A program made the position numbers and the translations under genes. Under the pieces are notes generated by a model. The model had not been told where the DNA came from and searched no databases. It saw nothing but the letters and a program-made list of their open reading frames with translations. Shown piece after piece: positions 12,535-26,396 of a stretch of 64,000 nt of DNA. The first letter of the stretch is position 1; each line of letters begins with the position of its first letter. Origin of the DNA: Batkoa obscura (taxonomy: Eukaryota); the NCBI GenBank assembly GCA_030770535.1, contig JASVEC010000017.1, positions 806,001-870,000 on the forward strand. Reading direction: 5' to 3'.

Positions 12535-13924
12535 ACAACACAACAACTTGGTTTTCAATAGAAAAATAATCTAAAATTGTTTTTACATCTGAATAAAAAT
12601 CTATATCTCTTGAGCTTATAAACTTTACAAATTTTATGTTTTTAAAATATATTAAAGTAAATCATGAAATTAACTAAATCAGAGTCTCTAAAATATTTAA
12701 ACGTTACATTAGTTAAACTGGAATCTTTTATCACTTGTGGTGTAAAAATGGCAGCTAAGTAATTCAAGGTTATATGAGTTGGGACATGACATGATGTATG
12801 TAAAAAATCAAAAAGACCACCACCAATAGATACGTTCTCAATGCCTAACTTAATTATATTGTTACTGTTTTTTGGGTAGGTATCTTTATTTAAAAGTATA
12901 ACATATCATTTATTGGCCTTTCATACAATCGTCATTCACTAATTGAATTTTCATATTTTTACTTTTCATAACTTTTTAAGCTAAAAAAGTGATTGCTGGC
13001 ATATTGAAAATTTATATAGACGTTTAGGTTCAATGCCACAATAACAATCTAATTTTAATAGTTTTAACTTTGGAAATACTTCATTGCTTATGATTGTTTT
13101 AGCTAGGGAAATATCAGTTCCTTTAAATTTGATTCCCCATTAAGTATCAAAGTATAATATCTAGAAAAATATAAATATTCAAGTTTTTGATAGTTATCTA
13201 AACTTATCTGTGGTTCCTCTATATATACAAGTCCTGTAGTTACTTGTTCAATATAATCCTTTTAGTTGTGCAAATTGTTTATTTAAAAAATTATTAAACA
13301 CTGTTGATCTAAAATTATAACTAAATTTTAGCATAGTTAAATTACCAAACCTATTTAATAAGTTTTGAAAATACCCCATATGTTTATTATTAAGAATACG
13401 TCTAATGCTTATAAAAGGAATACTTGATTGTAAGTATGGTACTATTGCATTTATAAAATGTTTATCCAAAAATTCGATATTCAATTATCTTAAATTTTGA
13501 AATATTGCTTCATAGAACTTACCTACATTGTACCTTCTTTGATTTTATTATTATCAGTACGGCTAGAATAATAAAGACTTATTGGTGGAATTTTTTAAAT
13601 GATTTATGTGCCCAATGTAGGCATCTAAATATGATAAAAGTCTCTTACCATTTGGATACAATAAGAGATGAACAGCTGATTTCGAATACCCTCTAGAATC
13701 TAATTGTTTAATACAATGACTATTTTTTCAAAAGCTTCCATCATCTTTTCTTTGTACCCAAAGCAATAACTCAAACTCATGTCTTCCAATAAAATAGGCA
13801 TTATCATGTTATTCTATGCTTTACAAAACACAAGAAAATTGGGTTTACCTTTATGCGAGAGATAGGATAGTATATATTTGATGATAAATGACTCCAAGCT
13901 CTGAAGTTTGAAGTTATTGGCCAT
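12535..13924 (-). pseudogene. F-box/LRR-like pseudogene
   Basis: Starts MANNFKLQSLESFIIKYIL; in-frame TAG at the conserved W of CKAW; downstream fragments resemble 41616-42995. Confidence 0.75.
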
Positions 13925-14232
13925 TGTGATTTAGTTTAAAAACAAGTTAGTTTTCATTAGTGTTCTTTATATAGTATTTGATTTTTAATTGATGTCAACG
14001 ATGCATCATTTTAATTATGATTATGAGATTTAATGTTTTGAATACATTGTTATAACTATGTTTTATCATTAAGCTAATGATTTGATAATAGAAATGTTAT
14101 AGCATTTTTATCAATAAATCATCATATAATTTAATATACAAGCTATTTTATTGATTTGTGTTCCCTGATGAGAATCTAATATTGAGATTGTTGAAGCCTT
14201 GGTCTTTGTAATCTCCTAATAAAAGTATATAC

Positions 14233-14327
14233 GGGAGTATTTTTTTGGCTTCATTTTTTCCATTTTTTAAGCACTATTTGAGTGGAAAGTTTGTTAGTAA
14301 AATTCTTAAACAAAAAAACACATCCCT
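14233..14327. mobile_element. MITE copy
   Basis: GGGAGTATTTTTTTGGCTTCA...ACACATCCCT followed by ATAT. Confidence 0.85.
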
Positions 14328-14511
14328 ATATACTTAATAACACTAAAATCTTAAGGTACATTTTATAAAAATACATTTATTGCAAACTATAAATAAGTTA
14401 ATACGATATAACACCCTAGTATTAAATTTATAAAATTAATAAATATATCAAGTACTTTTTTACTATTAATCTATCGAAAACATATTAATTTTTATTTTTT
14501 TTTATCTCAAA

Positions 14512-16318
14512 TTATTCATTTGATTCTGGTAATTTAGGTAAATCCCCAATTGTTTGTCCTACTTTAATTTTTTGATTATTTTCAATTTTAAATTCAAAAT
14601 TCTCAGGTGCTTCAAATACTAATACAATAGTGGAACCTAAACAAAAACCACCAATTTCCTGTCCTGAATTGAGTGGATATCCTTTTAATAATGGACTGGC
14701 TTTAGAATAAGATACTTGAGTGTATGTACCACGATGTGTTATTTTTCTTTCATTTGTTTTTAAATCCTAGATTATTATTAATGATTAATTTATTAGATAA
14801 AGAAGGTAATATAAAAACAATTAATTTACCTCATCAAAATGAATTTTAATAGATCCAACATTAGTGGCTCCAACAGGTAACATGGAAAAGAAACCATGCT
14901 TCCATTTACCAATTAAAGCCACTCGTTCATTTAATACAAATAAGTTTTGTAAATACTTTAATATAAAAGGAGATACTGAATATAACTCACCTAATATTAA
15001 ATTATATTAAATTAAATATAAAATAATAACAATAATAATAACATACCAGCAAAATGACGTCTTAATCCCACTACCCAATTTGTAGGTGAATGGAATCGAT
15101 GATAATCCCCAGGTGCTAAATAAATCACTGTAAAAAATAATTTTCTCCCATTTGAAATTGATTCCCATGGTTTTTTATCTACATGTTGCTTTTTAATCTC
15201 ATTTCTATCATGGGGATGTTCTGTAGTATTTGATTCACCGCCAAATAACCCAGCTAAGGAATAATTAATTCCATTAACATTAGCAAATTCTTCTTCATTT
15301 ATAACTTCTCCTTTATAATTTACAGGCATTGTTTCTTGTATTATACTTGAAGTTGTATCTCTCCCTAATAAATCATTGATATCATAACTTATACCCTTAA
15401 TTTGTTCAATATTATTTCCTGTTACTTCACCAAAATGTAATACTCTTCCATCTGCTGGACTTATCTAAAAATTAAAATTGAAATAAATTAATATCTTATA
15501 AATTACAACATGATTTTGTGTTTATAATAAAACTTACTAAAATAGCATCATCTAAAGGTCTAACACCTGGTTTTAATTTACGAAAAAAGAAAGTAGATAA
15601 ATTAGGATAATTTTTTAAATTTTCATCTTCCATTTCACTTAAATTGCATCCGAACACCCATGAGTATAATCTTAAAGAAGGATCTCTTAACCATACTGGT
15701 AAATTAATTTCATTAAATAACCCAAACATTCGACTTAATGTTTTTAATGGTAAAGAAGTATATACTTGTAACTAAAATATTATTATTGTTATTATTATTA
15801 TTATTGTATTTTAATGAGATTAGTTTGAATTTATTTACCTGCCATGGACCTTTAGCTGTATTAGTTTGTCCTTCATCATTATTATCTCTTCTCTTTTTCC
15901 AAAAGGAATAAAAAGCAACAAAAGCAATACCTACACCAATGGGTAATGGTGTCCAATCAATTGGTGTACTTTTCCATGCTTTTTTAGCTTTAGCTAATAT
16001 TTTCACTTGATTAACATATTCTATATTTTTATTAAATAAAACAGAAAACTTACTAAAGAACGATTCGTTACTGTTAGATTGATTTTGTTGATTTTGTTGA
16101 TTTTGTTGATTTTGTTGATTTTGTTGCTCATAATTAGTATTATTATTGGTATTATCAGATTTACTTGAATAATAAAATTGACTTGGAGTTCTGTAAGCGG
16201 TGGTATTTAATTTATAAAATCTATTCCTTAAATTCAATCCAGTACGTGATACATAGGGATTATTATTTGTTCTACTCACATTCTTATATAGGTTACTAAA
16301 TCTCATACTCGAAAACAT
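14512..16318 (-). CDS. PSD1: Mitochondrial phosphatidylserine decarboxylase (multi-exon)
   Basis: [41 protein letters not shown] and FCLGST autocleavage motif; N-terminal targeting-like sequence with a QQN repeat. Confidence 0.93.
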
Positions 16319-16916
16319 ACTCTCTTTAATATAGAATTTTCAAACAAGTGAGAACAATAATTTTTTTATTTTTATTTTTTAGGTTTTGACTTTGGAATGT
16401 CTTCTATTTATATTTTAAAAATATATCAGATTACTCTTTTTTTTTAAAGTTGGTTATCCAAAAAAGTGAAATTTCAATTTGGTCAATTGTTATTGGTTCC
16501 TGAAGTTAAAAATTAAAAATAAGGTTTCTAAAAGCATTAAAAATTACACTAAATGGAACAATATATTGATTATTAAATAAAATACTAACATTATAGTAAT
16601 TATTACTATATTGTTATATAGTTTGTCTTATCATATATAATTTATATAATTAACCAAAATAATATAGACTATAATTTAAATACCAATTGACATAATAATG
16701 ACGCCTTTATTTCTCCATAATTTTACTTGACTTAATTAAGTAAAATTTAAAATTTCAATTAAAATTCAACAACCTTAACTACTAATAGTACAATAAGAAT
16801 TCACTTAAAAAATTAAAAACAATAAACATAAATGTCATTAATAAAACATATAAAAAATTGACTTAATAAGCTAAAATTTAGTCTCCTTTTACTTATAAAT
16901 AAAAATCTCTCCATCC

Positions 16917-17635
16917 TTATCTTAAAATCACAGCTGCATTTCTAACTGATAAATATTCTTGTGGTACTTCTAATGGTAAATTTTTAATTACTTGATAAAC
17001 TTCTGAACTACTATATCTTAAATTTGTTTTTGGATCAAGGTAAGGAGCCTATTAATAATAAATCAATAACTTATTATTATTATCATTATTAAAAACTTAC
17101 TTGAAGTCCCGTAATATCACAATATTTTTTAGATGGTAATATACTTGGTGAATTATCTAATTGCCAATCTAAAATTAAATATTTTATTAGCCTTAACTAT
17201 ATTAAAAGTAAAAGAAATACTTACAATACACTGGTGGATTTTTTAAATTAATTCTATTTGATTGTGAATTTTTATCATATTTACTCTTTCCTATAAAAAC
17301 ACCTGTGATTTGAGCTTTTTCTTGAGCAATAATTTGTTTTGCTGTACGATATCTTTTTGGTGTGACATATTTTTCACTTTTAAATGGACATTCAAAATCA
17401 TATAAATTTTCCACTTTTTCTTTACTAAAAGAAGGTGAAATGGAATTTTTGGAATCATCATGGTTCTGAAATTAAAAGTTAGGTTTTGGTGGTATCATAG
17501 TAAGTTATTGAAATTACCCTTTTTTCTATTTCTTTTGGTAATTTTAAAATCACTTTTTTAATTCCTCGGGATTTACTCCTGTTGATTGTTTGTTAACAAA
17601 AGTTTGAATTTATTATAATATAGTATTACTTACAT
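16917..17635 (-). CDS. IES6: INO80 complex subunit Ies6/INO80C (YL1_C domain), multi-exon
   Basis: PFKS..Y, KQII, SPSILPSKKYCDITGL, APYLDPKTNLRY and QEYLSVRNAAVILR*. The start codon appears split as AT|intron|G. Confidence 0.85.
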
Positions 17636-17840
17636 TTTTTATAATAAATAAAAAATCTAAATATTACAATGATATTGATATAAAATGTTAAAGAATAGAA
17701 TCTTACACTCAACAAATTAAACTTTGGAAAAAAAAAGTAACAAATAAAAAGTAAAAAAAATTGAGAGTTAATTCAATAGATGACGAAAGTTAATTGAAAG
17801 AAATAAAACCAGAATGTTTCATTTCCTTTTCCTTTTTATT

Positions 17841-20186
17841 TTTATGAGTATAAAAATAATACCCTTAAGCCGTCGCCTATTAACCTTAAACAAACCGTAT
17901 CGCTCACTTCCAATATTAAAGAATACCTGCTTAATGAGTACCAAACCCGAATTACCCACTTTAAAAAAAGAAGATTATTACCATGAGTATTATGGACAAA
18001 AATATCTTGATGAATATCACTGGTTACGCGATGATAAACGAGAGAATGAACAAGTATTAGGTTATTTAAGAAAAGAAAATGAGTACGCTAATACTTCAAT
18101 GAAACAATTGACACCAATATCCGATAAAATTTATGAAGAGATGGTATCCCGAATTGCTGAAGATGATACTTCAGTTCCAATTAAAAAAGGCGAGTTTTAT
18201 TATTATAGTAGAGATATTAAAGACCATCAATATGCATTAAAATGTAGAAAGTTAAAGGAGGATGGAAAGGAAGAGATTTTATTAAACTTGAATGAATTTA
18301 AAGATGAATATTTAAGTTTAGGAGCATTTAAAGTTAGCTCTACTAATGATAGAGTAGCTTATACTTTGGATACTACTGGAGATGAAAAATATAGTTTATA
18401 TATTAAAGATTTTAAAACTAATGAAACTAAATTGGAATTAACCAAAGTTAATGATTATATTGCTTGGTCTAGTTGTAATAATTATTTATTTTATACTAGA
18501 ATGGATGAGACTCTCCGTGCCAATCGATTGTATCGACATAAAGTTGGAGAATCTCAAGAAAAAGAGGAATTATTATTTGAAGAATTTGATTTAAAGTTTT
18601 CTCTAGGGTTATCAAAAAGTATATCTGAAAAATATTTATTTATGACTACTTCTTCATCAACTAGTTCTGAAGTGCATTTTATCAATCTTGATAAACCGGA
18701 GGAGGAGTTGAGATTATTTTCTAAACGTCAGATAGATCGTATTTATGAATTAGAACATCAGGGAGAAGATTTTTTAGTTTTAACTAATCGTTATTTAAAT
18801 GAAAAATTTATCAATTTTAGATTATTAAAAAGTAAAATCAATACTGAAGAAGAAAGTAATGAAAATCATTGGGAATCTATTTTAGAGTATAATAAAAACA
18901 TTTATTTAACCTCAGTATCAGCAATTAAAGATCATATTTTATTAGAAGAAAGATACGAAGGGTTAGCACAAATTCGAGTCATCGATTCAACAGGTGAAGA
19001 ACATCGAATTAAATTTGAAGAACCAATATTTGTAGCTGAATTAGAATCCACTTATATTAATTATAATGAAAATGAAATTGTATTTTCATATTCTTCATTA
19101 ACCACTCCTAACTCTGTTTATAAATTTAATGTCATTAATAAGCAAAGAAAATTATTAAAACAACAACCTGTATTAGGCGATTTTAACAGTCAAGATTATC
19201 AAAGTGAAAGAGTAATCACTTCAAACGGTGTACCAATCTCATTAGTTTATAAAAAAGAATTAATTAAAAAAGATGGCACTAATCCATTACATTTATATGG
19301 TTATGGTAGTTATGGGTATTCTATGGAGCCTTATTTCCGTACCAACATTATCTCTTTATTAGATAGAGGGTTTATTTATGCTATTGCACATATTCGTGGG
19401 GGTACAGAGTTAGGTAGACATTGGTATGAATTAGAAGGTAAAATGTTGGAAAAGAAAAATACTTTCAAGGATTTTGAAATTGCGGCAACTACCTTAATTG
19501 AAAAAGGTTACACTTCTTCTCCTTATCTTTCAATGGAAGGTAGATCTGCTGGTGGACTTTTAATGGGTGCTGTATTAAATAATAATTATTTGAAATTTAA
19601 TTCGGTGATTGCTGGCGGTAAGATTATTATATATATATATAAGATAATATAGCTTATTTATTTCATTATAACCTAGTACCTTTTGTTGATGTAATTAATA
19701 CTATGATGGATGAAACCATTCCATTAACAGTAAATGAATATGAAGAATGGGGAAATCCTAATGAGAAAGAATATTTTGATTATATGTTATCTTATTCTCC
19801 TTACGATAATTTACCTAAAAATCCAAAGAATTTTCCTCATTTATTAATTCGTTCAGGTTTAAATGATCCAAGAGTACAATATTGGGGTAAGTTTTATTAT
19901 TTATACAATTTTAGTATTTTATCAACTAATCATCAAATTTATTGTTATTACAGAACCAGCTAAATATGGAGCAAGATTAAGAGATATATTAAAAGAAAGT
20001 CATCCAAAACCAGTATCTAGTTCTAAGCATGAAGAAAATATGAGAAATGAAGCTAAAATATTGCATTTAGTTAATATGGGTGCGGGTCATTTTGGATCTT
20101 CTGGTAGATATGATTATCTTAAAGAATTAGCTATTGATTATGCGTTTTTAGTAGCAACTGCCAAAAGATTGGAGCCTTTTAATTAA
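17841..20186 (+). CDS. Oligopeptidase B / protease II (S9A), two introns near the 3' end
   Basis: [29 protein letters not shown], catalytic [28 protein letters not shown] and AGHFG. Start codon uncertain (17814, 17841 or 17934). Confidence 0.9.
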
Positions 20187-20569
20187 AATACAGTAGTAGA
20201 TTGGAATTTGTGTTCTATTTTTATACTATGATTTTTTTAATTTAATGCTATTGTATAATAAATATTTTCAAATGATTTTAAAAGTGTTTTCGATAATTAT
20301 ATAATTCATACTTAAATACTTAAATACTTAAAAGTATTAATAGAGAGTTTTAAATAGATGCTAGATTTAATGTTGACAAAATGATATTGTTAAACAGAAA
20401 TCTCTATAGATATAGTTTTGAAAAAAATTCAAATAGAAAAATATGTTTGAAGATGTAGTCATAGTGACCCACATCTTCAAAACTTCATTAGTGCTAAATA
20501 TTAATCATTATAGAAATATTTATTAAAACAAACAAAAAGTATGAAATGAAAACTATTCTATTAATATAC

Positions 20570-20668
20570 GGGGATGTATTTTTTTGTTTAAGAACTTTAC
20601 TAACAATCTTTCCACTCAAATAGCGCTTAAAAAATGGAAAAAATGATGAAGCCAAAAAAAACACCCCC
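20570..20668. mobile_element. ~99-bp MITE, close to consensus
   Basis: GGGGATGT...ACACCCCC; flanks ATAC/ATAT. Confidence 0.9.
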
Positions 20669-21723
20669 ATATCAAAAGTAATATTCCAACTCAATAGAAC
20701 CCTAAAATCATTCTATTTTATGAACTTAAATTCTAAATAAAATAAAATAAAATTTATTCTATTCATCTCAAAATTCAAATTTTAATTATTAAAATTGTTC
20801 TTAATACAAGCTTATTTAACTTTTTCTGAAACTAATAATGAACGAAAGGCAAAGTAAATTTCTACTAATTTAATATTATTTTAATATCCTAATGTGTAAC
20901 AGGCATACAAGTCAATATGAAAAAAATGAAAAATTTAAATATCTTGTTGTTATTTGATATTAGTACAAAATACTTGGCAATGTAAAAATAAAATGAAATT
21001 TTATTTTATTCATATTCTCAATTTTTTGTCACAGGGTCATTTCTCTTGAATATTTTCAAAATGATCCTTTTATCAAAAAACAGAATGATTTAAATTTCAA
21101 AGAAATATTCAATATATTAAATTGAAACAAAAATAATATTATATAGGAAATATTAACATTAACGGATGTAATGTAATTTATTTAGATATTAACTAATTAA
21201 CTCAAAAACATATTCATATAACACTACTATGATATAAAATAAAAAATGAGTTTAAAAATCAATTATAATAATAAAAATAAATAATATATAAGGTTATTAA
21301 ACACAATAAAAAACCTTGGTCCTAACAAAAAAATTATCTCACTAAATAAAGGCAGCTTAAAAATTAAAATAGAAAATCGGTTATAAAACAAGGCTTCATT
21401 TAAAAAATCCAATCACTCAAATTCTAGAGCACGTGGAAAAATATATGATTAGTTTAGAAGATGTAAAGAAATGATTACAAAATCTTGGTTTTGTGAATTG
21501 CTAAAAATAGTCAATTCCTTTAATGGCACAAGCTAAGGAGCTGGAAACAAGAAATTATGTAAAATTCAATGATTTTATTGGCTAATAAAATCGAGGATGA
21601 ATTTTCATGATTAGCATAGTTAATGAGTCGGATGGTACAAAGAATTAAGGGGATAATAAACCCATTTTATTGTTATTTTTTTATTAAATATTTTGTATAA
21701 ATTATAAAAGCATAATAGAAATT

Positions 21724-22669
21724 ATGATAACGAATAGTATTAAAAACAATACCAATACTTCACTAAGTTTAGATTCGTGTTTAAGCAATGAAACTAATGA
21801 GAATGTAAAGTATAATCACTATATTATATGAATAATATTAATGTTGTGCTTTTTTAGCTTAAAACTTACAACGAGAATTATACAAAGAGATTGGATCCGA
21901 TTAATGAGCTCATTGAAACAGAAACTTCATTTTTAAATGATTTGACATTAATCCGAGAAGTAAATAACAACTAACTATTTATATAATAGTATTATATTTA
22001 ACAATTTCATTCTTACTAGGTCTATATTCCCAAGATTAAAGAGTCATGTTTATGGAGTAAATCGGATCCCAATGTTATTATCAACAATATATTTTTTAAT
22101 TATGAGAGCTTATTAGAAGCATCCGAAAATTTGGTGAATAATTTAAAAAAAAGAAGAGAAGAAGATAGTTTAATGAAAACAATTGGGGATATCTTATTAA
22201 GCTTTACTAATGATTTGAAAAATTTTGGTTATTATGCATCTCATGCTCAATTCTCAATGAAATATTGGTTGAGTGAAAGAATTAATGAAACTACTTTAGC
22301 AAAATATTTGTTGGTAAATGATAGTTTTATTTATATTTGGAAATAGAATTAATATTTTTATTGCTATAGAAATGTGAATTAGATAAACGAGTGAACAAAC
22401 GTAATTTAGATACCTTTTTAACCCGACCAACCTATCGATTAGGGCAATACCCATTATTAATTAAAGAAATATTAAAATATACGGAAATGAATAGTAAAGA
22501 GAGTAAAAATTTATTAGAATCCTTAGCAAGATTTGAATCTTGTTTGTCATTTATTGATTCTATTACAGATAAAGAAGAAAAAAGATTACAATTAAAAGAA
22601 TTACAAGATCGTATGTTTTATAAAAATGGGGATATTTCGGTAAGTTTATTATAACAATAATAGTTTAAC

Positions 22670-22700
<31 letters not shown>

Positions 22701-23229
22701 TAATTATTTTAAATAGACATTTGGACTTACCGATGAAAATCGAGAAATAATTCATGAAGGGAATTTAATTAAACCTCCCTTTGGTCAACAATTAACTTTG
22801 TTTTTATTTGATCATGCTTTATTTTTAACAAAAGCAAAAAGAATCAAATTTACTAATATTGATGAATATGAGTTGATTCAAAAAGTAAGTCAATTTTAAT
22901 AATATTAGCATAATAATACATAAATTAAACGTAATCAATTATTAATTATTTTATTTTATTCTATTTAGCCCATTGAACTTGATCAGTTACATTTAGAAGA
23001 ATATAAAGGGATTATGGGAATTACTTATTCAAAGAGTAGTAACGATAGTGCATTTACAATAGTCAAAGTGAATCCAAATACTAAAATTGAAAAATTCAAT
23101 TTAATTTGTACTTGTTCAAATGAAAAAGAAATTTGGATGGGGAAAATTAATAAACAAAGAGATATTTATATGGCAAAAAAAGCTATGGCCAAATTTAAAA
23201 ATAGTAAAAATAAGTCATTTACTTGTTAG
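21724..23229 (+). CDS. RhoGEF (DH-PH domains), multi-exon; start uncertain
   Basis: INELIETETSFLNDL, IFFNY, IGDILL, FLTRPTYRLGQYPLLIKEILKYT, IHEGNL and LFLFDHAL. Confidence 0.75.
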
Positions 23230-23655
23230 GATAATTAAAGGTGTAGGATTAATGACTTCATTTATCAAAAGTCATAATATTTGGTTTGTTTTTTAGGTTG
23301 ATTGAGATTAGAAAGAGGGGTTAAGTTATTTTTTTGATGAAGTTGTTGCTGTTTTTCATAGCATGTAAGGATATACGCGGTACTTTTGAGTTTTATTGCT
23401 TCTTATTCAGTAGCATGTGGATTTGGTTATATTAAGTTTTAGTTGTTTTACTATTCACTCTTTTTCATAACAAAGAGTACAAAGTATTTTTAATTAATAA
23501 ATAGTAGTTTATTTATTTTCTATTAAAAAATTGATATTTATTAATAAAAATAAAGTTTACAAGAATGTTTTTTATATCAAAAACTTGAATTATAAAGCTT
23601 TTGTAGCATGTAAAAGGTGATCAACTTAATGAAACAAAAAAAAACATTCTTTTAG

Positions 23656-23814
23656 AACAGCTTGCAGTTAGATGTTTTTCATATTTTTTAGTTTGGAGTT
23701 AAATTATTTTAATATAAAATTAAAGGTTTCAAAGAGGATGTATAACTTAAATTCATATTAAAATAATTTGACTCCAAACTAAAAAATACGAAAAACATCT
23801 AACTGCAAGCTGTT
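23656..23814. repeat. Fold-back element (second MITE-like family), ~58-bp inverted repeats
   Basis: AACAGCTTGCAGTTAGATGTTTTTC...AAATTATTTTAATAT pairs with ATATTAAAATAATTT...GAAAAACATCTAACTGCAAGCTGTT, with few mismatches. Confidence 0.75.
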
Positions 23815-24113
23815 TAATCGTATTTTTTTGGTGAAATTTGTTTGTTTTAAACCCCAGTTTTTAATATCATAAGCTTAATAATTGAAATTACGGTAACAAA
23901 TAAAAGTAATAAAAGCATGATATTAATCCAAGGTTATGAAAAAATTATTTATAATAAGCATAAATTTAATATATCAGCTACCAATAGTCTTCCAGCTTCT
24001 AAAAGTTAAATAAATAATCAATTAATTTAAACGTTGATAAAAGAGGAGAAAGGAAAGCATTGACAAAAGTAAGGCTTGATATTTTATTTTTTTAAATTTT
24101 TTTAATTATAATA

Positions 24114-25800
24114 ATGAATTTAAAAAGAATGGTAACTTCTTATTTCAATGGTGGCGAACAACTATTTCCATCAACGTCGCCAACTTACGAAGCAGTGACT
24201 ACAGAAGATAGAGAAGTTGAAGTTAGCCCACAGTTGGATGGCGAGAAAAAGGTAAAATCAAACTACCTTACCTAATTATTTTCCAAGCACTAACCTCTTC
24301 ACTATCTAGCTCGAAAACATCAGAGATTTCTTTTATTATTTTCAAACGCTATTATGTATTGGGATGTTATTTTTAATATTTTTTTCATTTAAAACGCTAT
24401 ATGTTACTTTTACTGGTGACTTACCAAACTTACAAGAGATGCGATTAATGAATAAATATCATTTAAATAATGGTACTGATTCTTATGCGCCAACAGTGAT
24501 ATTAATTTCTTTAGATGGTTTCAGAGTGGATTATTTAAACCGAAATATAACACCTAATTTAAATCGTCTCGGTAATATATAATATAAAACAACTTAAACT
24601 ACAGTTATTGATAATTTCTAGTTGAATCTGGTACCTCCCCAAAATACATGATACCAAGTTTTCCTTCAGTTACATTTCCCAATCATTACTCAATAGTAAC
24701 TGGATTATTACCAGACTCTCATGGTATTGTTGGAAATACTTTTTATGACCCTAAATTAAATCAAACATTTGATTACAAATCTTTGAAATCCAATTTAGAA
24801 CCTCAATGGTGGGGTGGGGAACCAGTAATAATAATTATACTTATAATATCTTTATTTTTTTTAATAAATTATAAATTAGATCTGGATAACAGCTGAAGCT
24901 CAAAATATCCGTTCAGCAGTACATATGTGGCCCGGAAGTGATGTCAGCCATGGAAATATCAAATCAACCTACCATGAACCATTTAATAAACAATTTAAAT
25001 TAAATGATAAAGTGAATCAAATATTAAATTGGTTAGATTTACCTTCCAATTTAAGACCAAGTATGTTAGCTGCTTATATCTTTGATGTCGATACTAATGG
25101 TCATGATTTTGGTCCAAATTCAAAGGAAACCAATGAAGCTATTAAAAGAGTGGATGATACTATTGGACAATTAATTCAAGGTTTAGAAATGAGAAATCTA
25201 ACCGAAATTGTTAATTTAGTTATTTTAAGTGATCATGGGATGGCTGAAGTTGCAGTAGATAATATAATTTATTTAGATGATTATATTGATATGCATAAAA
25301 TATTAGCAAATCATATATTTCCTTTGGCGGGACTTATACCAAAGGAAGAAAAAGATATTGATATTATTTATAATCAACTTAAATTAGCAACTAAAAATTC
25401 AACTAATTGGGATGTTTATAAAAGAGAAGATATTCCAAACAGATTTAATTACGGTAAAAATGAAAGGGTACCTCCTATTGTTTGTATTCCAAAGAAGGTA
25501 AGTTTAAAATATAATATTACAACAATATAACAATAATTAACTTTTATTTATTCAATCTAGGGCTGGATCTTCGGAACTCAAAAAGTATATCCCCATTTGG
25601 AAGAATTAGAACATGTATATGGTATTCATGGTTATGATAATTTAGATGAAGATATGAGAGCTTTATTTATTGGACATGGACCTTATTTTAAAAAGAACGT
25701 GACTATTCCACCATTTCAAAATATTGAAGTTTATAATCTGTTGACTAATATCCTTGGGGTTAAACCTTCCGTTAATAATGGTACTCTTTATCTTAAGTAA
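24114..25800 (+). CDS. NPP1: Type I phosphodiesterase / nucleotide pyrophosphatase with N-terminal TM anchor, multi-exon
   Basis: ILISLDGFR, PSFPSVTFPNHYSIVTGL, WWGGEP, VDTNGHDFGP, LSDHGM and GIHGYDN. Confidence 0.9.
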
Positions 25801-26396
25801 TAAGTAAAGCTTTGATTAGCAATTAAGAGAGTCGATTTTGACAATATTTTGTAGCAGTAATTTTATAACATTAAGTTTTATTATTACAATATTCATATGA
25901 TTTGTATTTTTTATATTGTTATAATTTTAATATGATATTTTAATACTTATATTACATGGGCGTATCTAAATAGTATGCCCTAAATTATCCAGTAAAAACG
26001 CTATCGTAATTGGTGTCATTTTTTAAGCTCTATTTGAGTAGAAAGGCTACTAATAAAATTAAACAAAAAAATATATCCCCATATAATTTTTATTTAAGCA
26101 TTATTTTAAAAACTATAACTTAAATTGTAATTTTGAATTCAGTTAAATTTTATGATTTTGATCAAATTTGGAGAAACTAAAATTAACCAATTATGTCGAC
26201 TTATTTGGGCATACTATTTAGAAGTTCCCCAAAAATAAGATATGAGGGTATTTTGTTTAGGAATTTAATTAAGAAATTGACCATATTTTTGTAACAAAAT
26301 ACTGAAAAAAAACGAAAACAAAAAAACATTATTAGATAAAGTTATAAGTCATTCTTTTTTCTCACTCACTTAATATTAAAATAAATAATAGAAGGA

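Noticed and set aside
16076..16128. 9-bp tandem repeat encoding (QQN)n in PSD1, and the (AAG)n tracts in MAP2
   Set aside because: Ordinary low-complexity coding repeats; poly-Lys is typical of MAP2.
20494..20694. Recurring small ORFs 'FFLVS.FFPFFK.YL.GKIVSKIL.QKNTS' (also 39455 and 56617) resembling a peptide family
   Set aside because: They are translations of the ~99-bp MITE.
20839..21700. Possible upstream exons of the short RhoGEF
   Set aside because: Splice-like signals exist, but I could not build a consistent open frame.
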